Notes: generated from the letters alone by a model not told the origin. A DNA stretch of 64,000 nucleotides from an uncultured Phycisphaerales bacterium (GCA_963772725.1 CAVYYI010000003.1:352001-416000); one strand, 5' to 3'. Shown: positions 22,136-33,705, counted from the stretch's first letter. Translations and numbers: made by a program.

Positions 22136-22699
22136 ATGGAGTATATCCCTGTTATTTTTATAGCGATTGCCCTTTCGATGGACGCCTTTGCCGTCTCCAT
22201 CGTCAGCGGCAGCGTCTATAAACATCTCAAGATTCGGCATATTTTTCGAATGGCCGCTTTTTTCGGTGCTTTTCAGGCGATTATGCCTTTAATCGGCGCA
22301 CTGACCGGCGCGACTATAAAACAATATATAGAAGGATACGACCACTGGGTCGCCTTTGGAATACTGTCCGTCATTGGCGGAAAAATGCTCTACGAATCAT
22401 TCAAAATCAAATCCACTGAAAATAATTTTGACCCCGCGAATCTGGCCGTTCTATTTATCCTGGCGGTCGCGACAAGTATCGACGCTCTGGCGGTGGGAAT
22501 AACGCTTTCTCTGCTGAAGATTTCCATATTTATAACTGTGGCTATTATCGGTGTAATAACGTTTTGTCTTTCTTATGCGGGGGTTTATGTCGGCAGGGTA
22601 TTCGGACACTTTTTCGAGAATAAAATCGAGGCTGCCGGCGGAGGAGTTCTTATCGCCATCGGACTTAAAATTCTGCTTGAACATATTTACTATAACTAA
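22136..22699 (+). CDS. mntP: Manganese efflux pump MntP family
   Basis: ALSMDAFAVS, FQAIMP, DHWVAF, ATSIDALAVG. Confidence 0.92.
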   Translation: MEYIPVIFIAIALSMDAFAVSIVSGSVYKHLKIRHIFRMAAFFGAFQAIMPLIGALTGATIKQYIEGYDHWVAFGILSVIGGKMLYESFKIKSTENNFDPANLAVLFILAVATSIDALAVGITLSLLKISIFITVAIIGVITFCLSYAGVYVGRVFGHFFENKIEAAGGGVLIAIGLKILLEHIYYN

Positions 22700-23268
22700 A
22701 GCCCATAAAGCGGCTGCAGACGGTATTTTCTTAGTTCGGCATTAAGTTTTTTCCCGGATAAAATTTTATCGAGTTCCACCCAAAATATTCTACTGTGATT
22801 TTTTACCCTCGTATGAACAAGTTCGTGCAAGATAACATAATCCCTCAACTCTTCAGGAATTCTCGTCAGTCCAATATTGAGGTTTATATTATTTTTCGCT
22901 GAACAGCTCCCCCAGCGGCTCTTCTGGTTCCTGATACAGACCCGGTTATAACTGAAATTGTACTTTTCCGCAAGTTCATCGAGCCTTCGGGCAAGCCCCA
23001 AGACCGATTCCTCGTCAAAAACAGGGGTTACAGGGCAAGTGCCGCTTTGCTGTTTTTCATATTTTAATATTCGATTAAGATGTTTTTTGACCCAGTCGAG
23101 TTTGGAAATAAAGAATTTTTGTGCGTTTTCAAATGTGTATTGATATGGAACCGTCACCTGAATCTCTTTAGACGAATAAATCCTGATACCCAGATGTCTT
23201 GCTCTTTTGCTGTGCTTAAAAACAACCTGCCCAATCTCAGGAATAGTTACAACGGTGGGGTTTTTCAA
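22696..23268 (-). CDS. YgjP/DUF45 family metal-dependent hydrolase
   Basis: IRNQKSRWGSCS, YVILHELVH...NHSRIFW. Confidence 0.9.
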   Translation of the reverse strand: MKNPTVVTIPEIGQVVFKHSKRARHLGIRIYSSKEIQVTVPYQYTFENAQKFFISKLDWVKKHLNRILKYEKQQSGTCPVTPVFDEESVLGLARRLDELAEKYNFSYNRVCIRNQKSRWGSCSAKNNINLNIGLTRIPEELRDYVILHELVHTRVKNHSRIFWVELDKILSGKKLNAELRKYRLQPLYGL

Positions 23269-24886
23269 ATCAGTTCACCTTTCAGTTGGCAAGTCATATC
23301 CCGCCAGCCCTGCATATTTGTAATCGAGCCGCCCAGAAACACCACAGTCCCTTTTTTCTTCTGGCTGAATATGATTCGGCTATTCGATAAATCGCCGCGA
23401 ATTATGAAATATTCCCTGTAGCCGGGTGTATTTTTCAGAATGAAATTCACTATCGGCGTCGGGTCTTCGAGACTGTGAGGATGATGACCCACCCCTTTTT
23501 TGACAATTACTTCTATATCGCCGCCGAGTTTTTTATACCGTTCAGCAAGTATATTTGTGTTTTCCTCCATCGGGACGACATCATCCGCATCGCCGCAGAC
23601 GTGCAGCAGCGGAATCTTCGCCTTAGCCAGCGGTTCGAGATTATCGATGGGATTGTATTTATACTTAAGCATTCTTCCTCGGTCAGACCATACTCCTCAA
23701 GACACTTTTTCCAGAGGTCTGCGTTACCCTTGCTCTTTCCTTTGCCGCCGGGCCAGCTTTTAAAATCGCACACCGGGGCATCGGCATAAATGCACGATAC
23801 CTTTTCCGGATTTGCCGCCGCCCAGTTATAAATATATAAACCGCCGCGGCTCATACCTTCCAGCGCAACCTTTTTCGCGAAACCATAGTCTTCCGTAAGA
23901 TACTTATAAAACGCGTTCCAGTGCGCAACGGCTTTCGGGCTGCCAAGCATTTCCACCACGTCCATATACACCAGGTGAAATCCTCTCAACAAAAGCGCTA
24001 TGTCCGTCTGAGGCTGATGGCCGAAAAACCGCGCTCTCCATATCCATGGATTGCCCTGTGCCACAACTTTAGGTGTTACAACAATGCACTTTCTACCGTC
24101 ATACTCAAACTCATACTTGTCGAATCCGTTCCACTGGCTCTTTGTTCCGGGAAAAGTTTTAGTGTCCCGCTTTTCGCCCAGCTGACTCAAAACTTTAGGC
24201 GGCGCATTGGATTTATCCGATGGCGCATATTTACTGATTTGCCCGCTGATTACCTCCGCTATAATGTGGGCACCTTCGGTATTGGGATGTATCCTATCAG
24301 GAAAACACTCCGGCTTGCCCTTCAGCGGCTCATACAGGTCAATTACAGTCGCTTTTTTGTCTATCGCAACCTTAATGACAAAAGCAATGATTTCATTTTT
24401 GATTACAGTGTCATTTATGCCCCACTTTACTTCATACGCCGGCACCGGGTAACAAACGTAAATTTTCGGCTTGCTCGCAAGTCTTGCAAACTCATCAATC
24501 ATTGCCTCGTAATCTGCAGTAAACTCGGATTTATACTTCCAGTTGTCAGGCTTGGAATCATTAGTACCGAGTTTAATAACAACCACATTTGGCTCAAATG
24601 TCTTGGCATCCTTAAAGGCTTTAAGATTCCAATATGGGCTATTGCCCTTTTTTAACATCGTCGCGCCGCTGACGCCGAAATTACGTACGTCCCACTTCTC
24701 GCCGAGCATTCTGCCTAATTGCGTAGGATAGCTGTTCACGTCCCTATCCTTAATGCCCGCTCCATAGGTGATGCTGTCGCCGACGCAGGCCACACGAATC
24801 TTTGCCGCCGATTCCGCGCCAAACACGCAGATGGAAATTAGAACACAAAAAATTACCACTGTAAAAAAATAACTCCGCTTTTTCAC
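23265..24886 (-). CDS. Secreted SGNH/GDSL esterase fused to alpha/beta hydrolase, frameshift near 23672; ends in truncated second SGNH domain
   Basis: CVGDSIT, FGVSG, LGTND, DRIHP; GMSRGG elbow; continues HVCGDADDVVP...GHHPHS; tail VFLGGSIT. Confidence 0.8.
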
Positions 24887-24930
24887 AATCTCATCCTTTC
24901 CTGTAAAAAAAATGTGACTAAAAATAAAAC

Positions 24931-25206
24931 TTAAAATGTTATTTTGAAGTCTTTCAGTTTAGGGTCTAACGGTATATCTTCTGCTTTTACTTTTTCAATT
25001 CTGCCCGGATAACTTTCCTGAAGAGACTGGATGCAGTCATTTATATCCTCCGGAGGCCCCTGCGCTATCATTTCCACGGTGCCGTCATGAAGATTACGCA
25101 CCCAGCCATTGAGTCCATACTGGTTGGCTACATTTAATGCGGTAAAGCGAAAGCCAACACCCTGAACTTTACCAACAAAAATTAACTTTTTGGCGATTTG
25201 GTCCAT
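24931..25206 (-). CDS. acyP: Acylphosphatase
   Basis: [21 protein letters not shown]. Confidence 0.95.
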   Translation of the reverse strand: MDQIAKKLIFVGKVQGVGFRFTALNVANQYGLNGWVRNLHDGTVEMIAQGPPEDINDCIQSLQESYPGRIEKVKAEDIPLDPKLKDFKITF

Positions 25207-25350
25207 TTCGATTTCCAGCCTGAGCCGCTGTTATATTATCCCAAATCTTTTTTTTCTCAATATGTACATTACGAAATATTTGGGGTTCACCTTAACGGCA
25301 AAATATCATATAATGCTGCCTTTATTATAATATAATTTTAACAGACGAAT

Positions 25351-26634
25351 ATGAATAAAGACACTAAAAAACTGCTCGGCAGAGATGAGATTTCCGAGAT
25401 TAGCACTCTCGTAGCGGGCGATTTCTCGCTTCAGGAAGTGCTGGATAAACTGGCCAAAACCGCCGTAAGAATTACAGGCGTTAAAGCATGTTCTATCCGC
25501 CTCCTCGACGACAGCGCAGGCGACCTCAAGATGCGAAGCACCTACGGCTTGAGCGAAGAATATCGCAACAAGGGCGTTGTTTCAAAGGAAGACCCGGTCA
25601 TTACGGCCGCCTTCGCGGGTAAGGCTGTAATTATTGACGATATGGCCACCGATGAACGGGTCGGTTTCAAAGAAGCCACCGCAAAAGAAGGGCTTGTCAG
25701 CCAGCTTACCGTTGCGATGCAGTTCAGGGATAAAGCGATAGGCGTACTTCGACTTTACAGCCCCATTCCTAAGCATTTTTCCGAAGATGATATCGCGCTT
25801 GCCCGCGCGATTGCCTCGCAGTGCGCAGTGGCAATAACCAACGCGAGATTTTATGCCGAGGCAATTGAAGGCGCACGCATCGCCGAACAGGTGCGCCTTG
25901 CGGGTCTCATCCAGCGGAGAATGGTGCCGGAAAAAGCGCCAGATATACCCGGCCTTGATATATCCGCAATATATATACCCTGTTTCGATATCGGCGGCGA
26001 CCTATATGATTTTATCAAAATCAGCGACAGCCGTTTAATCATTGCCATTGCCGACGTAATTGGCAAAGGCATCCCCGCCGCTATTATGATGAGCATGTTC
26101 AGAGGAGCGATGCGTGCCTATACAGACAGCCAGAGCGGCCTGGATAATATTAAGAATATTATCGAAAGGCTCAACCGCCTGGCCTGCGGTGAATGCAGCA
26201 ACGGGGAATTTATAACGCTTTTCTATGCGATACTCGATGTTGAAAAAGGAACCATAACATATTGCAACTGCGGCCATGAGCCAACCCTGCTGATACGCAA
26301 AGGTAAAATTATCGAACTGGATAAGGGCGGGCTTGTTCTCGGCGTTGAGGCACAGCCGGAATACGAAATCGAAACAGTCAATCTGGCCAACGGTGACAGC
26401 CTCCTGTTTTATACCGACGGTCTTATTGACGCGACAAACTTTGAAGATGACCTCTGGGGTATAGACCGGATGCTTGAACCGGCGATTAAATTCAGCGGCA
26501 ACCCGCCAGGGCAAATGATTAAAAATATTCTCGCCTACCGAAGGCGTTTTGTAGGACTGGCAAGACAGATTGACGATACGAGTATTATCGTCGCGAGGAT
26601 TAATAAAACCGGCGCATCGAAATCGGGAAAGTAA
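25351..26634 (+). CDS. GAF + PP2C/SpoIIE (RsbU-like) phosphatase
   Basis: N-terminal GAF; GGDLYDF, ADVIGKG, NCGH, YTDG, DDTS. Confidence 0.9.
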   Translation: MNKDTKKLLGRDEISEISTLVAGDFSLQEVLDKLAKTAVRITGVKACSIRLLDDSAGDLKMRSTYGLSEEYRNKGVVSKEDPVITAAFAGKAVIIDDMATDERVGFKEATAKEGLVSQLTVAMQFRDKAIGVLRLYSPIPKHFSEDDIALARAIASQCAVAITNARFYAEAIEGARIAEQVRLAGLIQRRMVPEKAPDIPGLDISAIYIPCFDIGGDLYDFIKISDSRLIIAIADVIGKGIPAAIMMSMFRGAMRAYTDSQSGLDNIKNIIERLNRLACGECSNGEFITLFYAILDVEKGTITYCNCGHEPTLLIRKGKIIELDKGGLVLGVEAQPEYEIETVNLANGDSLLFYTDGLIDATNFEDDLWGIDRMLEPAIKFSGNPPGQMIKNILAYRRRFVGLARQIDDTSIIVARINKTGASKSGK

Positions 26635-27306
26635 ATGGCAGGCTTGATTGTAACAATAGATGGTCCCGCGGGCAGCGGCAAAAGCACGGTTGCCATGCTG
26701 CTGGCTAAAAAACTAAACGCCGGCTTTCTCGATACCGGTGCGATGTACCGGACGCTCACCCTTGCCGCGATGCAGGCGGAGATTGACTTGGCCGATTCGA
26801 GCAAACTGCTCGAAGTGCTGAACAAAACAAAATTTTCATTCTATGCCAAACAGGACGGCATGGGCGTTTCGATTAACGGCACAGATGTTACCCAGCGAAT
26901 TCGTCAGCCCGATGTTACCTCCAACGCGAAATATATCGCCTCGGCACCCAAACTGCGGGAAAAGCTGGTAATGATGCAGAGAGATTTTGCTGCCGGCCAG
27001 AAAAAAATAGTTACCGAGGGAAGAGACCAGGGAACGGTCGCCTTCCCCAACGCCGATGTTAAATTTTATCTCACCGCCGACACCGCCGAGCGTGCCAGAA
27101 GAAGACTCGCCGAACTCTGCGCAAAAGGCTTGCCAGGCTCTTTGGACGAAGTGCAAAAAGCAATCGAGGCCAGGGACAAGTCCGACCAGAACCGCTCTGT
27201 TGGCCCGTTGAAACCTGCCGATGACGCGATTATTATTGATACAACGAATTTAACTGTCGAAGAAGTTGTCGAAAAACTTTTTGAGTACGTGAAAAATTAT
27301 GCCTGA
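26635..27306 (+). CDS. cmk: Cytidylate kinase
   Basis: TIDGPAGSGKST, LDTGAMYR, EGRDQGTVAFP. Confidence 0.96.
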   Translation: MAGLIVTIDGPAGSGKSTVAMLLAKKLNAGFLDTGAMYRTLTLAAMQAEIDLADSSKLLEVLNKTKFSFYAKQDGMGVSINGTDVTQRIRQPDVTSNAKYIASAPKLREKLVMMQRDFAAGQKKIVTEGRDQGTVAFPNADVKFYLTADTAERARRRLAELCAKGLPGSLDEVQKAIEARDKSDQNRSVGPLKPADDAIIIDTTNLTVEEVVEKLFEYVKNYA

Positions 27307-27952
27307 AAAAAAGCCTAAAATGCTCTGGTTCCGTTTCGCGAGATTTTGTTGTCGACACTTTTGCAGACTGTTTTTCAAGTTCGACGTCACCGGCAAAGAA
27401 AACATCCCTCGCGATGGCGCCTTCATAGTAATCAGCAATCACCAGAGTTTTCTCGACCCCCTTTTTTGCGGCGTTGAAATAAAAAGACTTATGTTTTTTA
27501 TGGCACGTGATACCCTGTTTAAAGGCTTCTTCGGCAAAATCCTCACCTCTGTCAATTCAATACCCGTCCGCCGAGGCGAAGCTGATTTGACCGCTATAAA
27601 AACCATAATACAAAAACTCCGCGATGGTTACGGCGTATGCCTTTTCCCCGAAGCCACCCGCTCCGAAGACGGCAAAATATCCGCTTTCAAACCAGGCTTC
27701 GGTCTTCTGTGCAGGCGAGGCAACGCCGCCATCGTCCCCGCAATGATTGACGGCGCCTTCGAATGCTGGCCAAGACACAAAAAACTCTTCACCATCGGCA
27801 GCCGCATCACCGTCCGCTACGGCAAACCCCTAACCGCCGAACAGTTAAAAAATATGTCAGATAAAGACCTCGCCGATAATCTCACTAACATCCTAAGAAA
27901 AATGCAAAACAACTGCCGCCTCGAACTAAAAAAAGAACCATATACATACTAA
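27299..27952 (+). CDS. plsC: 1-acyl-sn-glycerol-3-phosphate acyltransferase
   Basis: NHQSFLD, FPEATRS; follows cmk. Confidence 0.88.
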   Translation: MPEKKPKMLWFRFARFCCRHFCRLFFKFDVTGKENIPRDGAFIVISNHQSFLDPLFCGVEIKRLMFFMARDTLFKGFFGKILTSVNSIPVRRGEADLTAIKTIIQKLRDGYGVCLFPEATRSEDGKISAFKPGFGLLCRRGNAAIVPAMIDGAFECWPRHKKLFTIGSRITVRYGKPLTAEQLKNMSDKDLADNLTNILRKMQNNCRLELKKEPYTY

Positions 27953-28065
27953 GACAGAATCAAGTAAGCAATTGTGAATGGTATTTTAAGGAAATTCCTT
28001 ATTTAGCAAACGTGTTAAAATCTATAATCTGGGACTGATAAAAAACTAATATAAGGGGGCATTTA

Positions 28066-29096
28066 ATGAAGGCCGCGGTTATTCATAATCCGGGGGGGCT
28101 GGACGTTGTGAAAGTTGAGCAGGTCGCGGATGTTAGTGCTGCTGAAAACGAAGTTGTTGTGCAGGTTCGTTCCGCAGCACTGAATCATCTCGATATCTGG
28201 GTTCGCGGCGGTAGACTCAGCCCCAATGTTACAATGCCGCACACCTTAGGCTCCGACGGGGCGGGTGTTGTAATAGAAAAAGGTTCAGGAGTTGAGGGCA
28301 TTAATATCGGCGATGAGGTCATCATAAATCCCGGCCTGAGCTGCCGACACTGCGAACAATGCCAAAAAGGCGAACATAGCCAATGTGATTCTTTCGGCCT
28401 TATCGGTATGTCTCGTCCCGGCACTTTCGCTGAAAAAATCGCCGTACCATTTTACAACGTCTGGCCTAAACCCCATCATCTCGATTTCAACCATGCCGCC
28501 GCTCTTCCACTTGCCTATGTAACCGCCTGGCGAATGCTTTTTACTCGCGCCAAATTAATACCAGGCGAAACCGTACTCATTCACGGTATCGGCGGCGGTG
28601 TCGCGCTGGCGTGCCTCCAGCTCGCCAAACTCGCCAACGCAGAAGTCATCGTTACATCATCCTCACAGGAAAAACTAAACAAAGCCCAACTGATGGTGAA
28701 AACCACACCATAAATTACAGGGCAACCGAAGATATCGCCAAAACAGTACACGAAAGAACCAACGGCCGCGGCGCTGATGTCGTCATCGATACAGTCGGTG
28801 GCGGCGTCTGGGAAATCGACTTCGCCTCCGTCAGAAAAGGAGGACGCATCGTCCTATGCGGCGTAACCACAGGCGCAAAAGCCGAAACCGACCTTCAGCG
28901 CCTTTACTGGAAACAGGTAAACGTACTCGGCTCAGCGATGGGCTCAGACCAAGATTTTCGCCAGATGCTAAAAGCTTTTGCTTCCGCCAGACTAAATCCT
29001 GTCATCGACTCCATACATCCCCTTGAAGATATTCAAAAAGCGATGGCAAGAATGGAAAAAGCAGAGCAGTTTGGCAAGATTGTTGTGAAAATTTAA
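28066..29096 (+). CDS. Zinc-binding alcohol dehydrogenase (MDR) family, frameshift near 28696
   Basis: ALNHLD, GSDGAG, CRHCEQC...C, HGIGGGVA; resumes HTINY...GADVVID...QFGKIV. Confidence 0.88.
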
Positions 29097-29128
29097 TAAT
29101 CCTTTGAAAATTTTGAAAGGAGCAATTT

Positions 29129-29701
29129 ATGGTAATGACCGCATCAACAATGATTCCGCTGGGGACAACCGCGCCATATTTTAATCTGCCCGACACAAAC
29201 GGCAATTTAGTTTCCATCGACGACTTTAAAGACGCCAATGCCTTCCTGGTGGTTTTTATGTGCAATCACTGTCCCTTCGTGAAACATATCCTCAAGGACT
29301 TCATCGAACTCGTAAAAGAATATCAGAAAAAAGGCGTTGCGATTATCGGCATCAATTCCAACGACGTCGAAAGCTTCCCCGAAGACAGCCCCGCCTTGAT
29401 GAAAAAAGCAGCCGACGCCATGGGCTTTACCTTTCCTTATCTTTACGACGAATCACAGGAAGTTGCCCTGGCCTATCACGCCGCCTGCACACCGGATTTT
29501 TTCCTTTTCAATAAACAAAAATCCCTTGTCTATCGCGGCCAGATGGACGACAGCCGCCCAGGCAACATTATCCCGATAACAGGCGCCGATTTAAGGGCCG
29601 CCATCGACGCCGCTCTTGAGGGAAAACATATATCACCCCAGCAAAAACCCAGCATGGGCTGCAACATCAAATGGAAAGCCCACAACGCGCCAAAATATTA
29701 A
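29129..29701 (+). CDS. Thioredoxin-like (AhpC/TSA, Prx-like) protein
   Basis: FMCNHCPFV, FPYLYDESQ, ACTPDFF, SMGCNIKW. Confidence 0.9.
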   Translation: MVMTASTMIPLGTTAPYFNLPDTNGNLVSIDDFKDANAFLVVFMCNHCPFVKHILKDFIELVKEYQKKGVAIIGINSNDVESFPEDSPALMKKAADAMGFTFPYLYDESQEVALAYHAACTPDFFLFNKQKSLVYRGQMDDSRPGNIIPITGADLRAAIDAALEGKHISPQQKPSMGCNIKWKAHNAPKY

Positions 29702-29847
29702 CACTACCTTTTAAAATAGCCTTTCAAAGCCCCGACCATGAGGGAGGGGGTCAAAAACGTATTCAGATTTTGAATATAGAATTTTTAGAAGCGCCTCAAA
29801 TAGCAAAACGTAAAACGAGATACGCTTCACAAGATACGAGATACGAA

Positions 29848-30476
29848 ATGTTCAAAGACAGAAAAGACGCCGGCCAAAAACTGGCCCTATCCCTGACCGC
29901 TTACAAAAATGATAATCCACTCATTCTCGCAATCCCAAGAGGCGGCGTAGAAGTCGCTTTTTACGTCGCACAGTTTCTAAACGCACCTCTGTCCATTATC
30001 GTAGTACGCAAACTCCCTTTCCCTCATAATCCTGAATCAGGCTTCGGAGCCATCGCCGAGGACGGCACCGTCTTCCTGATTGAAGAAATCTCCGAAACTC
30101 TCCCGCCCGACGTAATCAAAAAAATAATCAAACAGCAGAAAGAAGAAGTAACCCGCCGAATACAAATTCTCCGCGAAAATAAACCCCTCCCCGAAATCAA
30201 AGACCGCACAATCATACTCGTCGACGACGGCATAGCCATGGGCTCCACCATGCGCCGCCCTCATGCTCTGCCGAAACCAAAAAGCAAAAAAAATAATAGT
30301 CGCCTCCCCCGTTGCCGCCCCCGAAACCGCCTCCCAATTCGCCAAAATCGCCGACAAAGTCATCATCCTCGAAACACCCCCTTCTTCGCGCCGTCGCCGA
30401 AGTGTACCAAAACTGGTACGACGTCCCCGACCAGGAAGTAATCGAAATACTGCACAAATCTAACCCTAAAATCTGA
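29848..30476 (+). CDS. Phosphoribosyltransferase family protein, frameshifts near 30254 and 30385
   Basis: MFKDRKDAGQKLA, AIPRGGV, ILVDDGIAMGSTM; other frames give KIIVASPVA and AVAEVYQNWYDV. Confidence 0.82.
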
Positions 30477-30516
30477 TTAGCAATCCAAACTTCTTTTGCG
30501 GCAATAGTATAACGTT

Positions 30517-30544
30517 TGTCACTCCTGCGAAAGCAGGAGTCCAG
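30517..30544. repeat. REP-like palindrome, copy 1
   Basis: TGTC-ACTCCTGC-GAAA-GCAGGAGT-CCA; related copy at 44104. Confidence 0.7.
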
Positions 30545-30651
30545 AAAATATCATATCCGCTAAAACTGGATTTTATTGGCTTAATACCAGTCTTTGGCGT
30601 ATCATTTTATCATAATAAGAAACCTGAAACCAAAACAGCAGGGGAACTATA

Positions 30652-32007
30652 ATGTTACAAAACGATGAGACCCAAAAAAAGACTTGCCTTCTGGCCAGAT
30701 TATCAGTGTTTTTGTTTATCGCCAGTATTGTTGCGTTTATTATTGCAAACTTGTTAGACAAAGAAATAATGGCTTTCATTGCATTTGGCTTATTAGCCGC
30801 TTCACCAGTTTTAGGTGTTGTTGCATTGATAAAAATTTATCGCAGCGGCGGTATTTTAAAAGGCAAAAGTGCGACTTTGGCAGTAATTATAATATCAACA
30901 ATTTTTTTATATTTATTTGCTCCTCGAGCAGCGGTTACTATGAGTAGTAACCTTCGTCCTGGAACTGGAATGATTTGCGGGTCGAATCTCAGCGGCCTGG
31001 GTAAAGCTATCCTTGTGTATTCGAATGATTGGGACGATAAAATCCCCGATTCAAACTGGTGCGATCTACTTATTACAATGGCTGATGTTTCACCAAAACA
31101 ATTAATCTGTAAAGGTTCAGACGCCATACAAGGCGAATCCTCCTACGCTCTTAATAAAGAAGCAGTCGGCAAAAAAACATCGGAAATTCCTGCTGATTTA
31201 GTCTTGTTATTCGAAACCAATTACGGGCAAACCAAATCAGGCAGAGATTTCCCCATAAAACAAAGAGAATGTTTTTCTACCCTTACTAATTTTAAGATTC
31301 GAGGAAATAAAAAGGTTTATAAAGACCGCTGGAACCAGGTCGGAGGCCCCGAACTGCTTACAATTGATAATCATACCGAAGGATGCTTTGTGTTGCTTGC
31401 GGACGGAAGACCGTCTTTTATTAAAACAGCAAACTTGCAGGACTTGAGATGGAAAATCGAAGGAAAACCTGATTTCCCTCTGCCCGTACTTACCTCAGCC
31501 AAACAGCAAAAAGACAGTGAGCCTTTCAGAAAAACCGCTGTTTGGATTATTGGGATAGTTATAGCTGTTATTTGGTGCTTCATCCTTTATAAATACCGCT
31601 TCACAAAATTCTGGCTTTTCTCAATACTGCTCGGCATCGCCTCTGCGGGCGTCGGGTATTTCTTCGGCGCCTATTCAAATGAACTCTATAGACATATAGG
31701 AATCAATAAATTTTATGGCGCAGAAACAGGAGCCATATTAGGCTTCATCGTAGGAACCTGCTACGCTGTAATAATAGCCCAAACATCCGAAAAAATTAAA
31801 AACACAGGATATGCCGTCGCGACAGGTATGGCCACCGGCGCAATCTGCTCAACACTTTTGCACATAATACTAATGGTTATATACGGCAAACCAGTATTGC
31901 TGTATATCATTGCCGGCCTTCCCTATGGAATCATCGCCGGCGCAATTCTCGGCACACTCAGCGCAGGCATCGTCTACACGTATTACCAAAAGGAGCAAAA
32001 CGAGTGA
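30652..32007 (+). CDS. Membrane protein: DUF4190-like TMs + pilin/DUF1559-like domain + C-terminal TM bundle
   Basis: LGVVALIKI...LKGKSAT; ICGSNLSGLGKAILVY; HTEGCFVLLADG. Confidence 0.65.
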   Translation: MLQNDETQKKTCLLARLSVFLFIASIVAFIIANLLDKEIMAFIAFGLLAASPVLGVVALIKIYRSGGILKGKSATLAVIIISTIFLYLFAPRAAVTMSSNLRPGTGMICGSNLSGLGKAILVYSNDWDDKIPDSNWCDLLITMADVSPKQLICKGSDAIQGESSYALNKEAVGKKTSEIPADLVLLFETNYGQTKSGRDFPIKQRECFSTLTNFKIRGNKKVYKDRWNQVGGPELLTIDNHTEGCFVLLADGRPSFIKTANLQDLRWKIEGKPDFPLPVLTSAKQQKDSEPFRKTAVWIIGIVIAVIWCFILYKYRFTKFWLFSILLGIASAGVGYFFGAYSNELYRHIGINKFYGAETGAILGFIVGTCYAVIIAQTSEKIKNTGYAVATGMATGAICSTLLHIILMVIYGKPVLLYIIAGLPYGIIAGAILGTLSAGIVYTYYQKEQNE

Positions 32008-32486
32008 ACACAAAATATCAATCTTTCAGAAAGTTTGTAACCATCATTGTAACCCTTACCGGTGCCATATTCGGCACATGGGCTGGGACTTTATACGTAT
32101 ACAGAGATAATTTACACTTCTTTTTTATAGGAACTATTTTGGGCATCATTGGCGGTTATGCCGCTGCTAAGATATATCTGCACTTCCTTGAAAAAATATC
32201 CATACAATTTAAAAAATTTGTGACCTGGCTTATAACTACTCTTATTGCCGCATTGTGCGGAATACTTTGCACAACATTTATTCACGTAATAATGTTAAGT
32301 GCAACTGCTATAATAACAGGGAAACCATTGACGCCGCAGGGGGTTGAATTTGGTTTTCTGCTATTATTTATCCTCATAGCACATCTTATAGGTGCTTGTT
32401 TCGGTTTACTTATTGGAGGAATGTGTTCACTGGTTTATTTGAAATCGATAAAAGCTGATAATAATGAAACCATCAATCCTGCTTAA
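32004..32486 (+). CDS. Hypothetical 4-TM membrane protein
   Basis: GTGA overlap with previous gene; Gly-rich hydrophobic helices. Confidence 0.6.
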   Translation: MNTKYQSFRKFVTIIVTLTGAIFGTWAGTLYVYRDNLHFFFIGTILGIIGGYAAAKIYLHFLEKISIQFKKFVTWLITTLIAALCGILCTTFIHVIMLSATAIITGKPLTPQGVEFGFLLLFILIAHLIGACFGLLIGGMCSLVYLKSIKADNNETINPA

Positions 32487-33705
32487 ATTGTTCCCACTTT
32501 TCACCCGCTGTCTCGGCAAACTGCCCTCCCGGCATCTGCTCTACATAGCAAAACAACTCCTAAATGAAAATCCCCATCAGCATAACGGCAGAATATACAT
32601 AAACACCTTCTTCCCCCCTTACCCGTCCAAAGCTTTTGACAGGTTCCTCGACTCAGTAATACAAAAAAAACGCGTTCCCTATTCAACCTATTTCGCCGTC
32701 ACCGATAAATGCCCCTTCAAATGTCCCCACTGCAGTTACGGTTTCCACAAAAAAGGCGAAATGCCCACCGACAAGGCCCTCAACGTAATAAAACAAATAA
32801 AAGACCTCGGAACCGTAACCATAGGCTTCACCGGCGGCGAACCCTTACTAAGACACGACATCACCGAACTCGTAGCTGCCGCAAGCGATGATTGCGCAAC
32901 CATAATCTTCACAACAGGCTATCAACTCACAAAAGAACTCGCCCTCCAACTAAAAGAAAACGCCCTGGGCTGTATGATGATAGGAATCGAATCTGACGAC
33001 CCAACCGAACACGATAAAACAAGAGCAGTCCCCGGCTCATTCACCCAGGCAATTAAAGCGATAGAACTCTCCCTTAATGCCGGCCTCTACACCGCAATAT
33101 CCACCGTAGCAACCCCCAACAAAATCACACAAGGCCACATCCAAAAACTCGCAGAATTAGCAACCAAATACGGCGTCCACGAATTCCGAATACTCGAACC
33201 CATCCCCACCGGAAATCTTTACGGCCATCCCGATGAAATTTTAACCAACGAGCAATCACAGCAATTAACAGATTTCCATAAACGCTGGAACAAAAAAAAT
33301 CAAGGCCCCGCCATCTCCGCCTTTTCATATCTCGAGTCAGACCAAATGTTCGGCTGCGGCGCAGGCTTCCACCACCTTTTTATCGACGCCATCGGCAACG
33401 CCTGTCCCTGCGACCTCACCCCCCTATCCTTCGGCAACCTCCTCGAAGAACCCCTAAAAGACATCTGGCTGCGAATGGGAACTTATTTTCCTCTGCCCCG
33501 ATGCGGCTGCCTTATGAAAGAACTATGCACCACAATTACCCCCGAAAAAAACTGCGAACTGCCCCTGGCCAAACTAAAAAGCCTCGAATTATGTCGCCTT
33601 AGCACACAACGAAAAGCTGCCAAAAATCTACGGCAATTTATTCAAGAACCAAAAACCAGCAAATCCGCCAGCGACCCCGCAGTAATCAAAAAAACCTCCG
33701 CATAA
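32464..33705 (+). CDS. Radical SAM protein with SPASM/twitch domain (extreme C-terminus possibly frameshifted)
   Basis: CPFKCPHC, FTGGEPLLR, GCGAG...GNACPC...FGNL. Confidence 0.9.
   Translation: MKPSILLKLFPLFTRCLGKLPSRHLLYIAKQLLNENPHQHNGRIYINTFFPPYPSKAFDRFLDSVIQKKRVPYSTYFAVTDKCPFKCPHCSYGFHKKGEMPTDKALNVIKQIKDLGTVTIGFTGGEPLLRHDITELVAAASDDCATIIFTTGYQLTKELALQLKENALGCMMIGIESDDPTEHDKTRAVPGSFTQAIKAIELSLNAGLYTAISTVATPNKITQGHIQKLAELATKYGVHEFRILEPIPTGNLYGHPDEILTNEQSQQLTDFHKRWNKKNQGPAISAFSYLESDQMFGCGAGFHHLFIDAIGNACPCDLTPLSFGNLLEEPLKDIWLRMGTYFPLPRCGCLMKELCTTITPEKNCELPLAKLKSLELCRLSTQRKAAKNLRQFIQEPKTSKSASDPAVIKKTSA

Noticed and set aside
29671..29847. N-terminal extension of the phosphoribosyltransferase ORF
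   Set aside because: Overlaps the previous gene and translates intergenic repeats; the family start is MFKDR at 29848
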